DNA from: a virus
Lineage: Duplodnaviria > Caudoviricetes
Virus record (IMG/VR): IMGVR_UViG_3300042924_005664
Coordinates: 1,290-65,289 of that record
Direction: 5' to 3' (one strand)
DNA length: 64,000 bases
Shown here: positions 1-11,200 of the stretch, piece after piece
Layout: each line of letters begins with the position of its first letter
How positions within the stretch are numbered: the first letter of the stretch is position 1
The notes under the pieces: model-generated
The model's database searches: none
What the model saw: only the letters and a program-made list of their open reading frames with translations
What the model was told of the DNA's origin: nothing
Translations under genes and position numbers: made by a program

Positions 1-1
1 T

Positions 2-400
2 GGTAGATCTTTCGGCGGTGGAGGTGGTGGCGGAGCAGTGTCTTATTCTTTTTTCGGAACACCTGCTACAATAGTGCAGGGAGTTGGTGGGGGTGGAGGT
101 GCTGGTTCTGGATTTATTCAACCACTAAATCCCAGTGGATTCCCAATACCTTTCAATTGCAACAATACACCTTCAGCTTCATCTCCGTGTCCCGAACAAA
201 ATAGTGGAAGTGGAGCTGGCGGAGTGGCGGGCGATTATGTTCAACAAGTAACTGGTGCTGATGGACTAATCTTGCTACAAGTTCGAGCGGATAAGTACAC
301 TGGAGTAGTTACTGGAGATGTTCAAATTACAGATGTTCTCTTTAGAGGAACTCTTATGAAACAGATTAAGTTTTTGGGTTCTGGAACATACACTGCGTAG
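2..400 (+). CDS. Gly-rich tail-associated protein, 5'-truncated by window edge
   Basis: Frame is open from nt 2; GGGGG/GSGAGG tracts and GADGLIIL motif typical of phage Gly-rich tail domains. Confidence 0.55.
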   Translation, partial: GRSFGGGGGGGAVSYSFFGTPATIVQGVGGGGGAGSGFIQPLNPSGFPIPFNCNNTPSASSPCPEQNSGSGAGGVAGDYVQQVTGADGLILLQVRADKYTGVVTGDVQITDVLFRGTLMKQIKFLGSGTYTA

Positions 401-411
401 CAATAAATTTT

Positions 412-1230
412 ATGCCCTCCATCCAAACAGCATCGATTCCAGTAACCTCATTCCCCAATGAGTTCGTGTCGCCATGGGGCAATGACGAACCGATTCCTTT
501 GTACTCATCGGTTCCTCTTAGGAGCCCAGTAGTTGGTTGCTTGCCTTGTGTGGTATGTGGCAATTCTAATACTAGGTATGAAATTATTGGATCCCCCAAC
601 GCAAATCCGATCACAGGTGATCGCGCTGGTGGAGACGGCGGAGGAGGCGGCGGCGTGGGAGGTGGCGGCGGCGGCGGGGGAGATGGAGTTGTCATCACCC
701 TACTCCCAAGTTCTCCTCCTCCATGTATCACGACAAATAAGCGATTCTTGGGGCCGGGGTCTGAACCTCAAGAGGGAATGATTATTGTAAATAGGTTTAT
801 CATTAACTTATCGGGCCTTGAGTTTTGCCCTTGTATAAACTTGGATGACCCATCTCTTCCCTGTAGTACCGAGTTTCAGGAATACTGGGATTATATTGTG
901 AGTAATTTATATTCAGAGCTTTCTAATCCGATTGTATTGGAATACATTCCCATCAATTCCCCAAATTACAGTCAAATAAGTGGTGATCCTTACTTTTGTA
1001 TTAATGGAGGAGATCAGATATTCCCGCCCAATGAGCCATTTTCGGTGCTTCCGATAATAGGAGGCGACGGCTTCCCGTGCTCTACCCCAATGTTCTTTAA
1101 CGGGCTATGCGTTACGTCAGAAACGGAAACAAGCATTACAGTTAGCAATAGCCAAACACTAGAAGCAGATTGCGGCCCACGCACTTTTCCTCTCGCGTAT
1201 GGAGGTTCAGTAACTATAACTTGGGAGTAA
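412..1230 (+). CDS. Cys/Pro/Gly-rich hypothetical protein, probably virion-associated
   Basis: 272 aa ORF, tight spacing to neighbours, CLPCVVC and FCPC motifs, poly-Gly linker. Confidence 0.6.
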   Translation: MPSIQTASIPVTSFPNEFVSPWGNDEPIPLYSSVPLRSPVVGCLPCVVCGNSNTRYEIIGSPNANPITGDRAGGDGGGGGGVGGGGGGGGDGVVITLLPSSPPPCITTNKRFLGPGSEPQEGMIIVNRFIINLSGLEFCPCINLDDPSLPCSTEFQEYWDYIVSNLYSELSNPIVLEYIPINSPNYSQISGDPYFCINGGDQIFPPNEPFSVLPIIGGDGFPCSTPMFFNGLCVTSETETSITVSNSQTLEADCGPRTFPLAYGGSVTITWE

Positions 1231-1234
1231 TAAA

Positions 1235-1702
1235 ATGAATTTTACGGAGTCCCCTCCTTGCAAAAATAGGGAAGCGTGTACAGCCTGTAGGTTCATTCCA
1301 GAATGGAGACTCCAGTTTAGTGCGCCAGAAGAATGTCCACACGGCATTACCTTGGACAATTTGCCAGAAGCTAAAAGCATGTTAAACAGGCTGATCCGTG
1401 AGAAGGGGGTAAGACCACAGGCAAGTCCCCATCCAACCTTATTGAAAAAGGCAGGATCATTGGCATCTAACTTAGGTGTTTGGGCCAAGGCTGGGTTTCA
1501 AGTGGTTGACGCATCACAACTCCAGAGCCGCCTAGACGTCTGCAAGGGTTGTGAATTTTGGGATCAATCGGGATTTGCTGGAACAGGAAGTTGCAAGAAA
1601 TGCGGCTGTTCCACTCAGGCGAAGCTCCGAATGACTACTTCAAAATGCCCCGTTGACAAGTGGGGGCCGATAGAAATACCAATTATCGATGTATCACAAT
1701 AA
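1235..1702 (+). CDS. Cys-rich metal-binding protein (DUF6171-like C-terminus)
   Basis: RLDVCKGCEFW...CKKCGC...KLRM..SKCPVDKW motif. Confidence 0.65.
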   Translation: MNFTESPPCKNREACTACRFIPEWRLQFSAPEECPHGITLDNLPEAKSMLNRLIREKGVRPQASPHPTLLKKAGSLASNLGVWAKAGFQVVDASQLQSRLDVCKGCEFWDQSGFAGTGSCKKCGCSTQAKLRMTTSKCPVDKWGPIEIPIIDVSQ

Positions 1703-1708
1703 AAATTT

Positions 1709-2089
1709 ATGAGAACACAGATAACCTACAAACTAGTGCTTCCCGGCACCCAAGAGTTCCTGCAGCTCCAGACCTTTGCAAAATCCTTCGATCACGAAAT
1801 TGTCCCACATCCTAAAATAAATGTTTACGCGCACTACAGAGATGAGGTATGTTTTGGCTATTCGGAACACGTTTTCGTGCCCACCGTCTATCCTGCATTT
1901 CACCCCATGCTCACCAAACCTCAAGATGTCCTACAAGTGATGGCCGACTGGCGCTCTCATAGTCAGTTCTCCTGTTCGCCAGCCTACATTGGCGTACCGC
2001 TTTCTGAAGCAAGGCCAAACTTCCCTCAAAGGATCATGGAAAAACTAGGTCTTCGTCGCCACGAGCGCGAGATCTACACCCTCGCATAA
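1709..2089 (+). CDS. Hypothetical protein, possibly GNAT-like (T7 gp13 position)
   Basis: 126 aa directly before ejection genes; ends MEKLGLRR; function inferred from position only. Confidence 0.5.
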   Translation: MRTQITYKLVLPGTQEFLQLQTFAKSFDHEIVPHPKINVYAHYRDEVCFGYSEHVFVPTVYPAFHPMLTKPQDVLQVMADWRSHSQFSCSPAYIGVPLSEARPNFPQRIMEKLGLRRHEREIYTLA

Positions 2090-2091
2090 TC

Positions 2092-2946
2092 ATGGGCGGA
2101 TCTCCACAAGTACAAGCACCCGATAACAGGCCCATGTGGGCTGCGCTGCAGATGCAGCAGAGTGGGCAGAATCAGGCGATGCAAAATCGTGCTGATCTAC
2201 TCAAGTACATGTCTCAAATTTCTCCTGCGGTCTCTTATACCGACATTTGGGGGCAGAAGGGAGCTGCAAATGTGGCGAAAGATGCCGCAGAGATCAACTA
2301 TCGCAACCAGCAGGCGATGCAGAAGGCGCTCGATCCTCAAGGTTTCCAGATTGCCGAGGATACTCGTAACCGAGTAGCCCAGATGGTTAGCCCAGCTGGA
2401 CAGAGGGCGCTAGCCAACCAGCAGTTTGCACAGCGTACGTTACCGGGAATGTACAGCACTGGCCTCGATCCCCGTTCCACCATTTACGCGAGTGGATTGT
2501 TTGACGCCAATACGCTTCAGGGTCTCCAACTTCAGCAGCAACTTGCCAACATCGGACAAGGATATGGGGCTGCGAACCCAGCGCCTCGAGTTGGAATTGA
2601 TCCCGGCATTGCGGCCTCTATCGCCTCTCAGGAAGGGGCACGTGCTGCGGATCGCGCAAACGCATTTACGCAAAATCTTCTCCAAGGTGCAGGAAACCTT
2701 CAGCAGAGCTACGAGCAAGGAATGAACAGCCTCTACAGCAACATGGGACAAGCGGTTCAAACTGATGCGGCCAACCGATTGGCAGCACAGCAAGCAAGCC
2801 AGTCCGCACAAGCTCAGGGTGCAGGATCTTTGTATCAGGGTCTAGGTGCCCTAGGTGGCGGTATAATCGGATCCTTCGGAGGCCCAGCGGGAACTGCGAG
2901 TGGAAGTTCTTTGGGAAGTTATCTGCCCAGAGCTTTTGGAGCTTGA
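2092..2946 (+). CDS. Internal virion / DNA ejection protein
   Basis: Gln/Ala-rich helical body and Gly-rich hydrophobic C-terminus (GLGALGGGIIGSFGGPAG). Confidence 0.7.
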   Translation: MGGSPQVQAPDNRPMWAALQMQQSGQNQAMQNRADLLKYMSQISPAVSYTDIWGQKGAANVAKDAAEINYRNQQAMQKALDPQGFQIAEDTRNRVAQMVSPAGQRALANQQFAQRTLPGMYSTGLDPRSTIYASGLFDANTLQGLQLQQQLANIGQGYGAANPAPRVGIDPGIAASIASQEGARAADRANAFTQNLLQGAGNLQQSYEQGMNSLYSNMGQAVQTDAANRLAAQQASQSAQAQGAGSLYQGLGALGGGIIGSFGGPAGTASGSSLGSYLPRAFGA

Positions 2947-2961
2947 AAGTAAATTTATTTG

Positions 2962-2990
2962 TTGTATCCAATTAGAAATTGCAATACAAC
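2962..2990 (+). promoter_or_regulatory. sigma70-like promoter overlapping an imperfect palindrome
   Basis: TTGTAT-N17-TACAAC; GTTGTAT...ATACAAC inverted repeat. Confidence 0.4.
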
Positions 2991-3039
2991 TGCTGACAAA
3001 ATTAACCACTAAAACTAACCCCTAACCAATTAAAATATC

Positions 3040-3540
3040 ATGGGTGGATCAAGAGGCGGCGGCGGCGGTAATAACGACAATTCAATGGCAATGATGGCGA
3101 TGATGCAGCGCCAGCAAGAAGCGGCTGCGGCTGCTGCTCGTGAAGCCGCAAGGCAAGCTGCCATCCAAGCTCAGAACCAAGCCAACCAGCAGATGGCTAA
3201 TCAAAGCCAGCAGGCGGTTAGTCAATACTTGAGCCAGCAGAATCAATTGCAAAAGGGTCAGGATCTAGCTTCAACGCAAGCCGCTGCTCAAGCAGCCGCT
3301 GGAGCTGGTGGAGCCGCTACTGGCGGTGGTTATGATATCAACCAATCCAAGCAGGAAGCGCTTTCCAATCTCGGAGCAGCCGCTGGTGGAATGCCAATGA
3401 CAGCAGCAAACCAAGTTGGAGCTGGTGGATCTACAATGAACCCAGCCGCCGCAGGACAAGCTGCAATGGTCAATCAGTCCGCTCAACCTAATCAGTTCGC
3501 TATGCCGTCCATGGCGGGGATCACTTTCGGAGGATCCTAA
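3040..3540 (+). CDS. Small Gln/Ala-rich internal virion protein
   Basis: Low-complexity helical composition, MGGS start, within ejection cluster. Confidence 0.65.
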   Translation: MGGSRGGGGGNNDNSMAMMAMMQRQQEAAAAAAREAARQAAIQAQNQANQQMANQSQQAVSQYLSQQNQLQKGQDLASTQAAAQAAAGAGGAATGGGYDINQSKQEALSNLGAAAGGMPMTAANQVGAGGSTMNPAAAGQAAMVNQSAQPNQFAMPSMAGITFGGS

Positions 3541-3552
3541 TCCCCTCCGAAA

Positions 3553-5241
3553 ATGGCGCTTGATACCTCTGGCTTTGGTTTGAATTTGGGTCAGGAGCAG
3601 GTGATTGTGCCTTCTCTTGCTTCCCTAGCTCCCTACGCACCCAACTTTCAGGGTCTCGCGTGGAAACCCGCTAATATTCAAGCTCCAGACATGTCGGAGG
3701 CTAAAGGACTAGGTGCAGCACTTGGTTCGATCGGTGCAGGAATTCAGGTTGCGTACAAGACGGCACAAGAAGAGCAGAGAGAACTTCGCAAGGACGCCCT
3801 AGACAGGGCAAAACTTGCTGCCGCTGAAAACAGGGACGCTATTCGGGAGGCACGTACTCAACAGACCCATGCCGACTCCATGGCGATGCAAGCGGCCAAC
3901 CTCGCCGTGTCTCAGGGTCAGCTGCGACTAGCACAACAAAAGCAAGCGGACAAAGCGGGTGGAGCCCCCGATTACAGCGAGTATCTAAACCCCCAAAACG
4001 CTGAGGATACCGCTGCTGGAGACAGGATCATGGATGTGATGGAGGGGATTAAAAAGAAAGGGACTCCCCAGTACTTTCCAGAATCGAAACTTGAACTAGG
4101 TGCCCCAGCGCCTCAAGTGGACGAGCCTAGTATGTCTTTCGATGGCGGGAACAATCTCGGCTCTCTATCTGCTCCAGTAGTGATGCCTCCGCAGGAGGAT
4201 CAAAGATATGCCGCGCTGCGAGAAATGGGCGGAAGTGTTTCTCCTTTCAGCGTAGCTAGTGCTGATGGAGCTGGGCCATCAGAACCAACTCCCAATCTGC
4301 CCTATTCGCTGCAGGGCGGAGTACCGAAGCCACTTGCTGGTGTGCAGGTTCCTAGCACAAGGGAGCTCTACGCTGGAACTGGATTCTCTCCAACTCCTAT
4401 TCCAACTTACGGAACTGCGGCGCAAGAAACTTCTGCGGCTAGTGGCACAGCGGCGCAACCTTCCAGATCACCGATCGTAGCGTTTCCGATAACTGATCCA
4501 AATGGAGGCACCCTAGGCTATGCGTACTACGATAAGGTTTCCCGAAAATTAATACCGGGTTCTTTCGTTTCTGAAACAAAGAAATCTGATTCCACAGCGC
4601 CCCTCGCTGGAGTTCAAATTCCAGAAGGACAAAAGTTAAAGGGCATGACTATCTCGGCGGAGGGTAAGCCTAGCTATACCTACGGACTAGAGAGTGAAGG
4701 AAAATCTGCTGCACCCCTGCTGCAGGATCAGATGAAAATCCTCACCAACCTTGAGGGCGCTAACGCCACCTTGAATAATATCGAGAAGACTCTCAAAGAA
4801 GTCGGCACTTCTACTGGCCCAGTTGTCGGCGTTGCTAGGGGATACAACCCCTACGATGTCGTCGCCCAGTCTGTGGAGAACATGGTGAATAGTTTGGTGC
4901 CGGGTCTTGCTCGCGGCGTCTTCGGCGAGGTCGGCGTTCTTACTGACCGAGATGTGGATAGGTACAAGAAACTTATCCCCAACATGAGGACAGATCCTAA
5001 AGTTGCAGAGCAGATCATGAAGGATCTGCGTGAAAAACTAAACAGCACCAAGAAAGCCAACTTGGGAGTCTGGGAAAAAGCTGGCTACAACGTGGGGGGA
5101 TTCAAAGAGGATCAATCTTCCGCGCAAACTGAGCTTGAAACTTTGGCAAAAGAAATTGATTCTGCTAAGGATCAAAACTCACCAGCTATTCTTGCAAAAA
5201 AGAAAAGAGCAACTGAACTTTACCTCTCGCAACGCAAATAA
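3553..5241 (+). CDS. Internal virion / ejection protein
   Basis: 562 aa; GLGAALGSIGAG segment then coiled coil; C-terminal GEVGVLTDRDVDRY..LIP motif seen in podovirus ejection proteins. Confidence 0.7.
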   Translation: MALDTSGFGLNLGQEQVIVPSLASLAPYAPNFQGLAWKPANIQAPDMSEAKGLGAALGSIGAGIQVAYKTAQEEQRELRKDALDRAKLAAAENRDAIREARTQQTHADSMAMQAANLAVSQGQLRLAQQKQADKAGGAPDYSEYLNPQNAEDTAAGDRIMDVMEGIKKKGTPQYFPESKLELGAPAPQVDEPSMSFDGGNNLGSLSAPVVMPPQEDQRYAALREMGGSVSPFSVASADGAGPSEPTPNLPYSLQGGVPKPLAGVQVPSTRELYAGTGFSPTPIPTYGTAAQETSAASGTAAQPSRSPIVAFPITDPNGGTLGYAYYDKVSRKLIPGSFVSETKKSDSTAPLAGVQIPEGQKLKGMTISAEGKPSYTYGLESEGKSAAPLLQDQMKILTNLEGANATLNNIEKTLKEVGTSTGPVVGVARGYNPYDVVAQSVENMVNSLVPGLARGVFGEVGVLTDRDVDRYKKLIPNMRTDPKVAEQIMKDLREKLNSTKKANLGVWEKAGYNVGGFKEDQSSAQTELETLAKEIDSAKDQNSPAILAKKKRATELYLSQRK

Positions 5242-5247
5242 TTTATT

Positions 5248-8200
5248 ATGGGATTTCTTGACGAACTGGATCAAAAATATGCTCAAGAGACCCCGAAGGA
5301 GGAACCGACTAAGCCTAGTGGTTTCTTGGGGGAGCTAGAGAGTAAGTACAAGGATGCTCCCGTAGAGCAGCCCAAGTCATTCCTAGAAGAGCTGGATCAG
5401 AAATATGACGTAAACCCAGACTCTCTACGCAATAGGCAATCTCGTGGAGAACCTCTTTCCATGGAGCAGGAGCGCATCGTATTTGATGCGAACCGAGCAC
5501 GTGGTCTTGGGGAACAAGCAGCTGCAGCTGGCAAGGGCGTCTATGCCAGCCTTAGCGAAATGGTTCCTCAAGCCTTCGAGGGAACCAAGAAAATCATGGG
5601 TGCAGGCAAAGACTTGGCAAAAGAAATTGGAATCAAGTACCTAGACGTCAATCCGCTTGTGCCTGAGATTGCGGTCAACTATATCGCTGGCAATACAGCA
5701 GAAGACCGAAAAGCTAATTTGGAAAAAGCTGCTAAGAGAGAAGCAGATATCGTCAGGTCATTAGCATCTGGAGCCGTTCAGGCTGGCGAAGAAGTAATCA
5801 ACGAAGCCGCACGTGGAGCTTTCTTTGGTACGCCCATTACAGATCTCGTTCAGGAATACCCAGCTGGCAAGTTGGCAGTTGAAGCCATGAAGGCGGGTGG
5901 CCCTGTAGCACTTGCCACTAAAGCACTTGGTGGAAAGATTTTCGGAGAGCCGCTGGTTGATCTGCAGCCGATCACAAAGGACGAATCGTTCCAGAGGTCG
6001 TTGAGTCGTGAGGACATGCGCCAGCAGGAGCAGCAGGAGTATAAAGATTTGCCAGAAAGAACTACCGCAGCGTTGGTAAAGCTAGCTGAAAGTTCCGCTG
6101 GATCTTTGCTTGGAAAATCTTTGGGAGTCCCTTCCGACGAGCAGTTCCAAAAGGACTTGGTTCAGGAGCTCAAGAATAACGCGATCGTCCCCGACGAAGA
6201 CGTTGCGTTGATGGGCAATATGTTGAGCCCGCTGGATCCTACCTTTGTCTTGGCTGGGCCGCTTGCAAGGGCATCCTCGAAGGTATTCGATGTAGCCTCA
6301 GAAGCTGGTCTTCGAGCGCTTACAAAGCCAACTATTGCTGGAATGAACCCCCTCGAAGCAACGGGACGGGTAATACGATTTAGTGGAGAGGGCGCACAGA
6401 ATGTTGCAAGAAAGTTCAGCGACTTTTTGACTGGGTCAGAAGACAGCTTCATCGGCAAGCTAGCGGATCCGATCGTGGCGGTGACTCGACGCCCCGGCAT
6501 AATGGTCGAGGGCGCAGGGCGGGCTCTCAGGGACGTCGGACGTCAGATCGACGACGTCGGAATCCGCTCCCGCACGGGCATCATCGAGCGGGCGGGGCAG
6601 GACGTACGTTCTGGGGATTTCATGCGGACGGTCTTCGGGGCTGGAACCGAGAAGGCTCAGGCCAAGGCACTCAAGGCGTCCGAAAAGCTAGCCGAGGAGG
6701 GCGTGGATACTGGCGCTTCCGCACCAGCGCTTTCCTCCAAGCGACGTGCAGCCGCGAGAACTGCGGACTGGGTATTCCGACAAGCCGAAGCCTTAGCGCG
6801 TTACGGCACAAGCGGAGCGGCCATCGGAACCGCGCTCGGACTGCCAGACATTGAGAACGCGGAGGCGCTTGGACAGATGGCTACTACTGGAGCCATGGTC
6901 GGAGCCATCGGAGGCGCGAGGCTCGGAGAGAAAGGCGCAAAGCTAATTGATCCTAGGGTTTCGCTTAAAGGAAAGATCGACGCCATCCTAGCCGACGATC
7001 CCGTATCAAGGCGTGCTGACGAGGACGCCGACATCGAGCGTTTCAGAAGTACTGCAGCACCAGACCTTATCAACAAGGCCAACGAATTTGGGAATATCAA
7101 TTCCGTTCTGCAATCTTTTGACGGCCACCTCCAGAATCTAGACTTTCAACGCGAGCAAGCGATTGCCCGTGGCGAGGCGGACGTCGCCGCTGGGATAGAG
7201 CTTGAAATTAAGAAGACTGCAGCCAGCAAGGACGCCGTTTCCAAGATGACTCCTGACGCCATGAAGGAGTACCAGCGCCGAGTGGACTTGACGCTAGCTG
7301 ACGCGCTAGACCAAGCAAAAACTACTGGCGAGGCGGTGGGTCTCAACAACATCGAGATCAAGCTGCTCTCCCCAGTCGAGATGTTGGGCTACCTTCGCGA
7401 CAAGTGGGGGACGACCCTAACGAATGCCGAGTACGTTCTCCAGTCACTGGCTGGCAACAATGATCTAAGCGATCAAGATCAGCAAAAACTTAATCAGGCG
7501 AGGGAGACTATCAACCAGTTCAACTACATGTATCAGACCGCGATGGGTCAGCGTGGATACGCCATGTCTGATAACACGTATTCAGATAGCCCCATGCATT
7601 TGCGTCCAGCAAATCTCAAGACTCCATCGGTTGTCATTAATTCCGAACTAGTCAAGAGCCAGCTCGGAAACAATCTGTACGGAACTCTGGTTCACGAAAC
7701 CAATCACGCACTTAGGAATTTCAAGGAAGTTAAATCCATGATGGCTCCCATTGAGGAGTACTTGTTTGGTAAGAAAGTTCAAAACGCTGATGGAAGCATC
7801 ACGGAGATTTCCAAAGGAATTTACGACGACGCGGCGATCGATCGCATGGGCGATTACTACGCGGAGCTTTTGGGCGGAGACAAGTGGAAGGCAGGATTCG
7901 CTACCGAGGGTCAGTATAGGAACTACATCAAGGAAGAGATTCTTGCGGAGGCCGCTGGCCTGTCCTCCAACACGGCAAACCTACGAGCTGACTTGGATTC
8001 ACCGGGTCAAGCCTTCATCGATTGGGCCGCTACCTCCAACAAGAATACCTTGATCGGAAAACTACGCGACGCACTCGGGCTGAAAGGAATCTTGCTAGAC
8101 GACTCAGGAAGAATCTCAGACGTTCTGGGAGAGACGATCTCACCAGAAGTTCTCGCGCTGACTCGTCAGTTCCAGCGCCAGCTCAGAGACTACAATGGAT

Positions 8201-11200
8201 CCTTGTCGCAAATTACTTCCGCCAGTGGGCCAGAAGTTACAATCTCAGCTCCTGAGTTGCTATCGAGCAAAATTCTTCAGAACAAGTATCGTGGGCTAGA
8301 CATCTGGCAAAAGGAACAGGTGCTCACGATCAAGGACGACGAAGGAAACGTGGTCAACGAGATCGTAGTGCCTCAGTCTGCGTCGCTCAACGCGCTCGTG
8401 GGTCAGTACCGCCTCGAAGATGGCATGCTTGTGGACGAGAACGGAAACAAGATGCAGATCGCTCCCGAGATCGCTGCAGCCAATCTCCCAAACAACACCA
8501 GTATTTCGGTAGACCAAAGAATTGCTAGGAACCCCGATGGGTCTCCAAGGATCCTATCGAATCGTGAGATTCAAGCACGTGCTAGAAAGCGCGCAGAAGT
8601 GCTGAAAAACGCCATCGAGGGCGCTATGGAGGATGGCTCAACAAACCGAGTCCGACCAGTCGGAGAAAACGAATACGCTGGAATCCTGAGCCCCACTCAG
8701 CTGCAGGCGATCTTGGAACTCCCCAACGACATCGTGGCTCCTGAGTTGAAGCGCAAGATCGCGGCCTTCAACGAGACGGCCCTACGCAAGGATGGAACGC
8801 GAATGATCGTCGAGTACCAAGCTGCGATGAAGGGCGGAAAGTACAAGGCGCTCGCACCCAAGATCCGAGACGTCGTTCCATTTGGGTTCCGCATCACAAA
8901 GGATGGCAACTTCCTAGCGACTACGATTTCTGTCAGCAGAATTTTCGACAAGATCAACGAATGGGCGAAGCCAAACAGGAACAGGCTGAACCTTTGGAAC
9001 GGCGACACCAACGCGTTGTGGGAAGACATTATCCACGTCCTGAAGAATCACCAGAAGGGCGAGCGCGGAGAAGTCGGACTCGACGTTGATCCAGACATGG
9101 CGGTTCTCAAGAAGAATCGAATCAACGACATCTTCAATCTCTTCGACAAGGCTACCGAGTCTAAGAATCCCGATCGTTCCGTAAGCAAGACGCGTAAGGG
9201 CCAAGACTCAATCGACCGCGTGATCATGGGAATGAGGATGGATCGTGTGAACGACTTCCAGATTTCAAACGCCCAGAAGATCCCCGTAGACTACGGCAAG
9301 ATCAAAGAAAACTACATGCCCAACGTGCCTGTGGACGTTGTTCAGAATAATGTTGCCGAGGAAGGCGGCTTAGGTTACAAAGAATCTCCAACCATCAAAT
9401 ATCGTGAACCAAAATACGAAACCACCAACCCCCCAAGACTGGGATACATCGATCCGCGAACTACAGCGGAAGGTCGAAGAGTCCTCAGCGAGAGTCCGAT
9501 CCTCGCGCAAGCATACGACGCCCTTGAAAGAGCGTCTGAGGCTGGCGGAGATCAGCGCCCAACTTCAGGGTCTTCGGTAATACCAGCTGAGACAGAAGCT
9601 CTTAGGGAGTTTGCAAATAGTTCGGGGGCCATGGAGTCTCCTGAAGCCGTCCAAAAATTCACTGATGATTGGAACGCAGAAAATAGAAATGCTGGAACTG
9701 AACATCAGGTTTTATTCGGCGATAAAGATCGGATAGAAAAGCGTTTCACAGCCACGTATGACGACACGTGGAAAAACTATCTCGATAGGATTTTGTTGCA
9801 CAATATCCTATTTAAAGATTCGGCGATTAAACTAGAGGGCTTTCAGGAAGTTCCTGAGAAAACACAGGATCGTAGTGGGAACGAGTGGAGCCCGGGGCTT
9901 TACGCCAAGATTTCTCAGCCCTACGCCGAAGGTCAACAGGTAGATCTCATAAAGGATCTCAAGCCGTACATGGAATCGTTGGGCTTCGTTTCTAATGGGC
10001 CGATGAATTATTACCACCCTGAATATGGCGTCCACGTATCGGATTTGCACCCGGGCAATGCATACGTAGAAATAGATGCACAAGGAAACAAGCACGTAAC
10101 CGTCTTTGATCCCGGCTTGCACATGACGGGCGAGAAAGAAGGTGACGCCAAGGAACGCGCCCGTGTTGAAGCCAAGTTGGCTGCTCAAAGACCCGTGGAG
10201 GACGTGGGTTTCAGCTGGCCGAAAGAGATTGATGACGCAATCGTTCGCGTGAGGTCGGTACTCGATAATCCAGACAACATGCCGACTCAGGTGAAGCCTG
10301 AAGCGCCGCTGCCCGTAAGCCTGTACGAGGCTGGTACTAGCTTGGAATCATTCGGGATCAATTCGCTCAAAGAAATTGCCGAGCACTATGGTTTCCCCAT
10401 CCCAGAGAAAGCAAAGCGCGGAGAGATCATCGACCTAGTTGAAAACAGGTCGTCTGACGTACAATTCAGGCCCGCAAACATCACTCGTGAAGTCGGAGCT
10501 AACGAAGACTTCATCACGATACCCGAAGAGGAAGCCGCTAGGTCTGCGCTGAACAGCAGCAAGCAGCCGAAGTTTGGGGCAGCTAGAGATCTCGAAGCTG
10601 GGTATCCCGTGGCGCTGCGAATCGACATCCCTGCGTTCAAGTCAACTGGAAACTACGTTGTGACGGTTCACGAGAAGGGAACCCCCAGCAAGGTTGGCGA
10701 GGTCATCGGGTACGACACCATTGCACGTATCGACAATCCCCAGTTCATGTCTAACGAGACTGGAGCGGAGAAGATTAAAAAAGGAGAGAGCAACAAGTTC
10801 CCGATTGCCACGGTGGCGGGAGAGTTCAACCCATCACGCGAGATGCCTGCAGATATCAACGACTGGACACCAGTCGGATTCGATCCTAGCGAGCACTCGT
10901 ACTTCTACGACAAGGCGACCGACGAGCTTGTGCTTGGCGGAGACGAGGCCGTGAGTGTTGGCAACACCGTCTTCGTTAAGAATCCAGTCTACGGCGATAA
11001 AGCCACAGCTAGGTTCATGCCAGCCGCTGGCGAGTCAAAGCCTGTCCCAACGCAGGAAGAGCTTGATGCGATGAAAGAAGGGTTGCCTCCATATCAAGCA
11101 AAAATTGGAGAGCTTTCCGAGGGGAGGTTTGGATTGAACCTGTATACTGACAATGGTTTGTATGTCGGAAACATAGAGGGTCAAATTAGAGAGTCTGATC

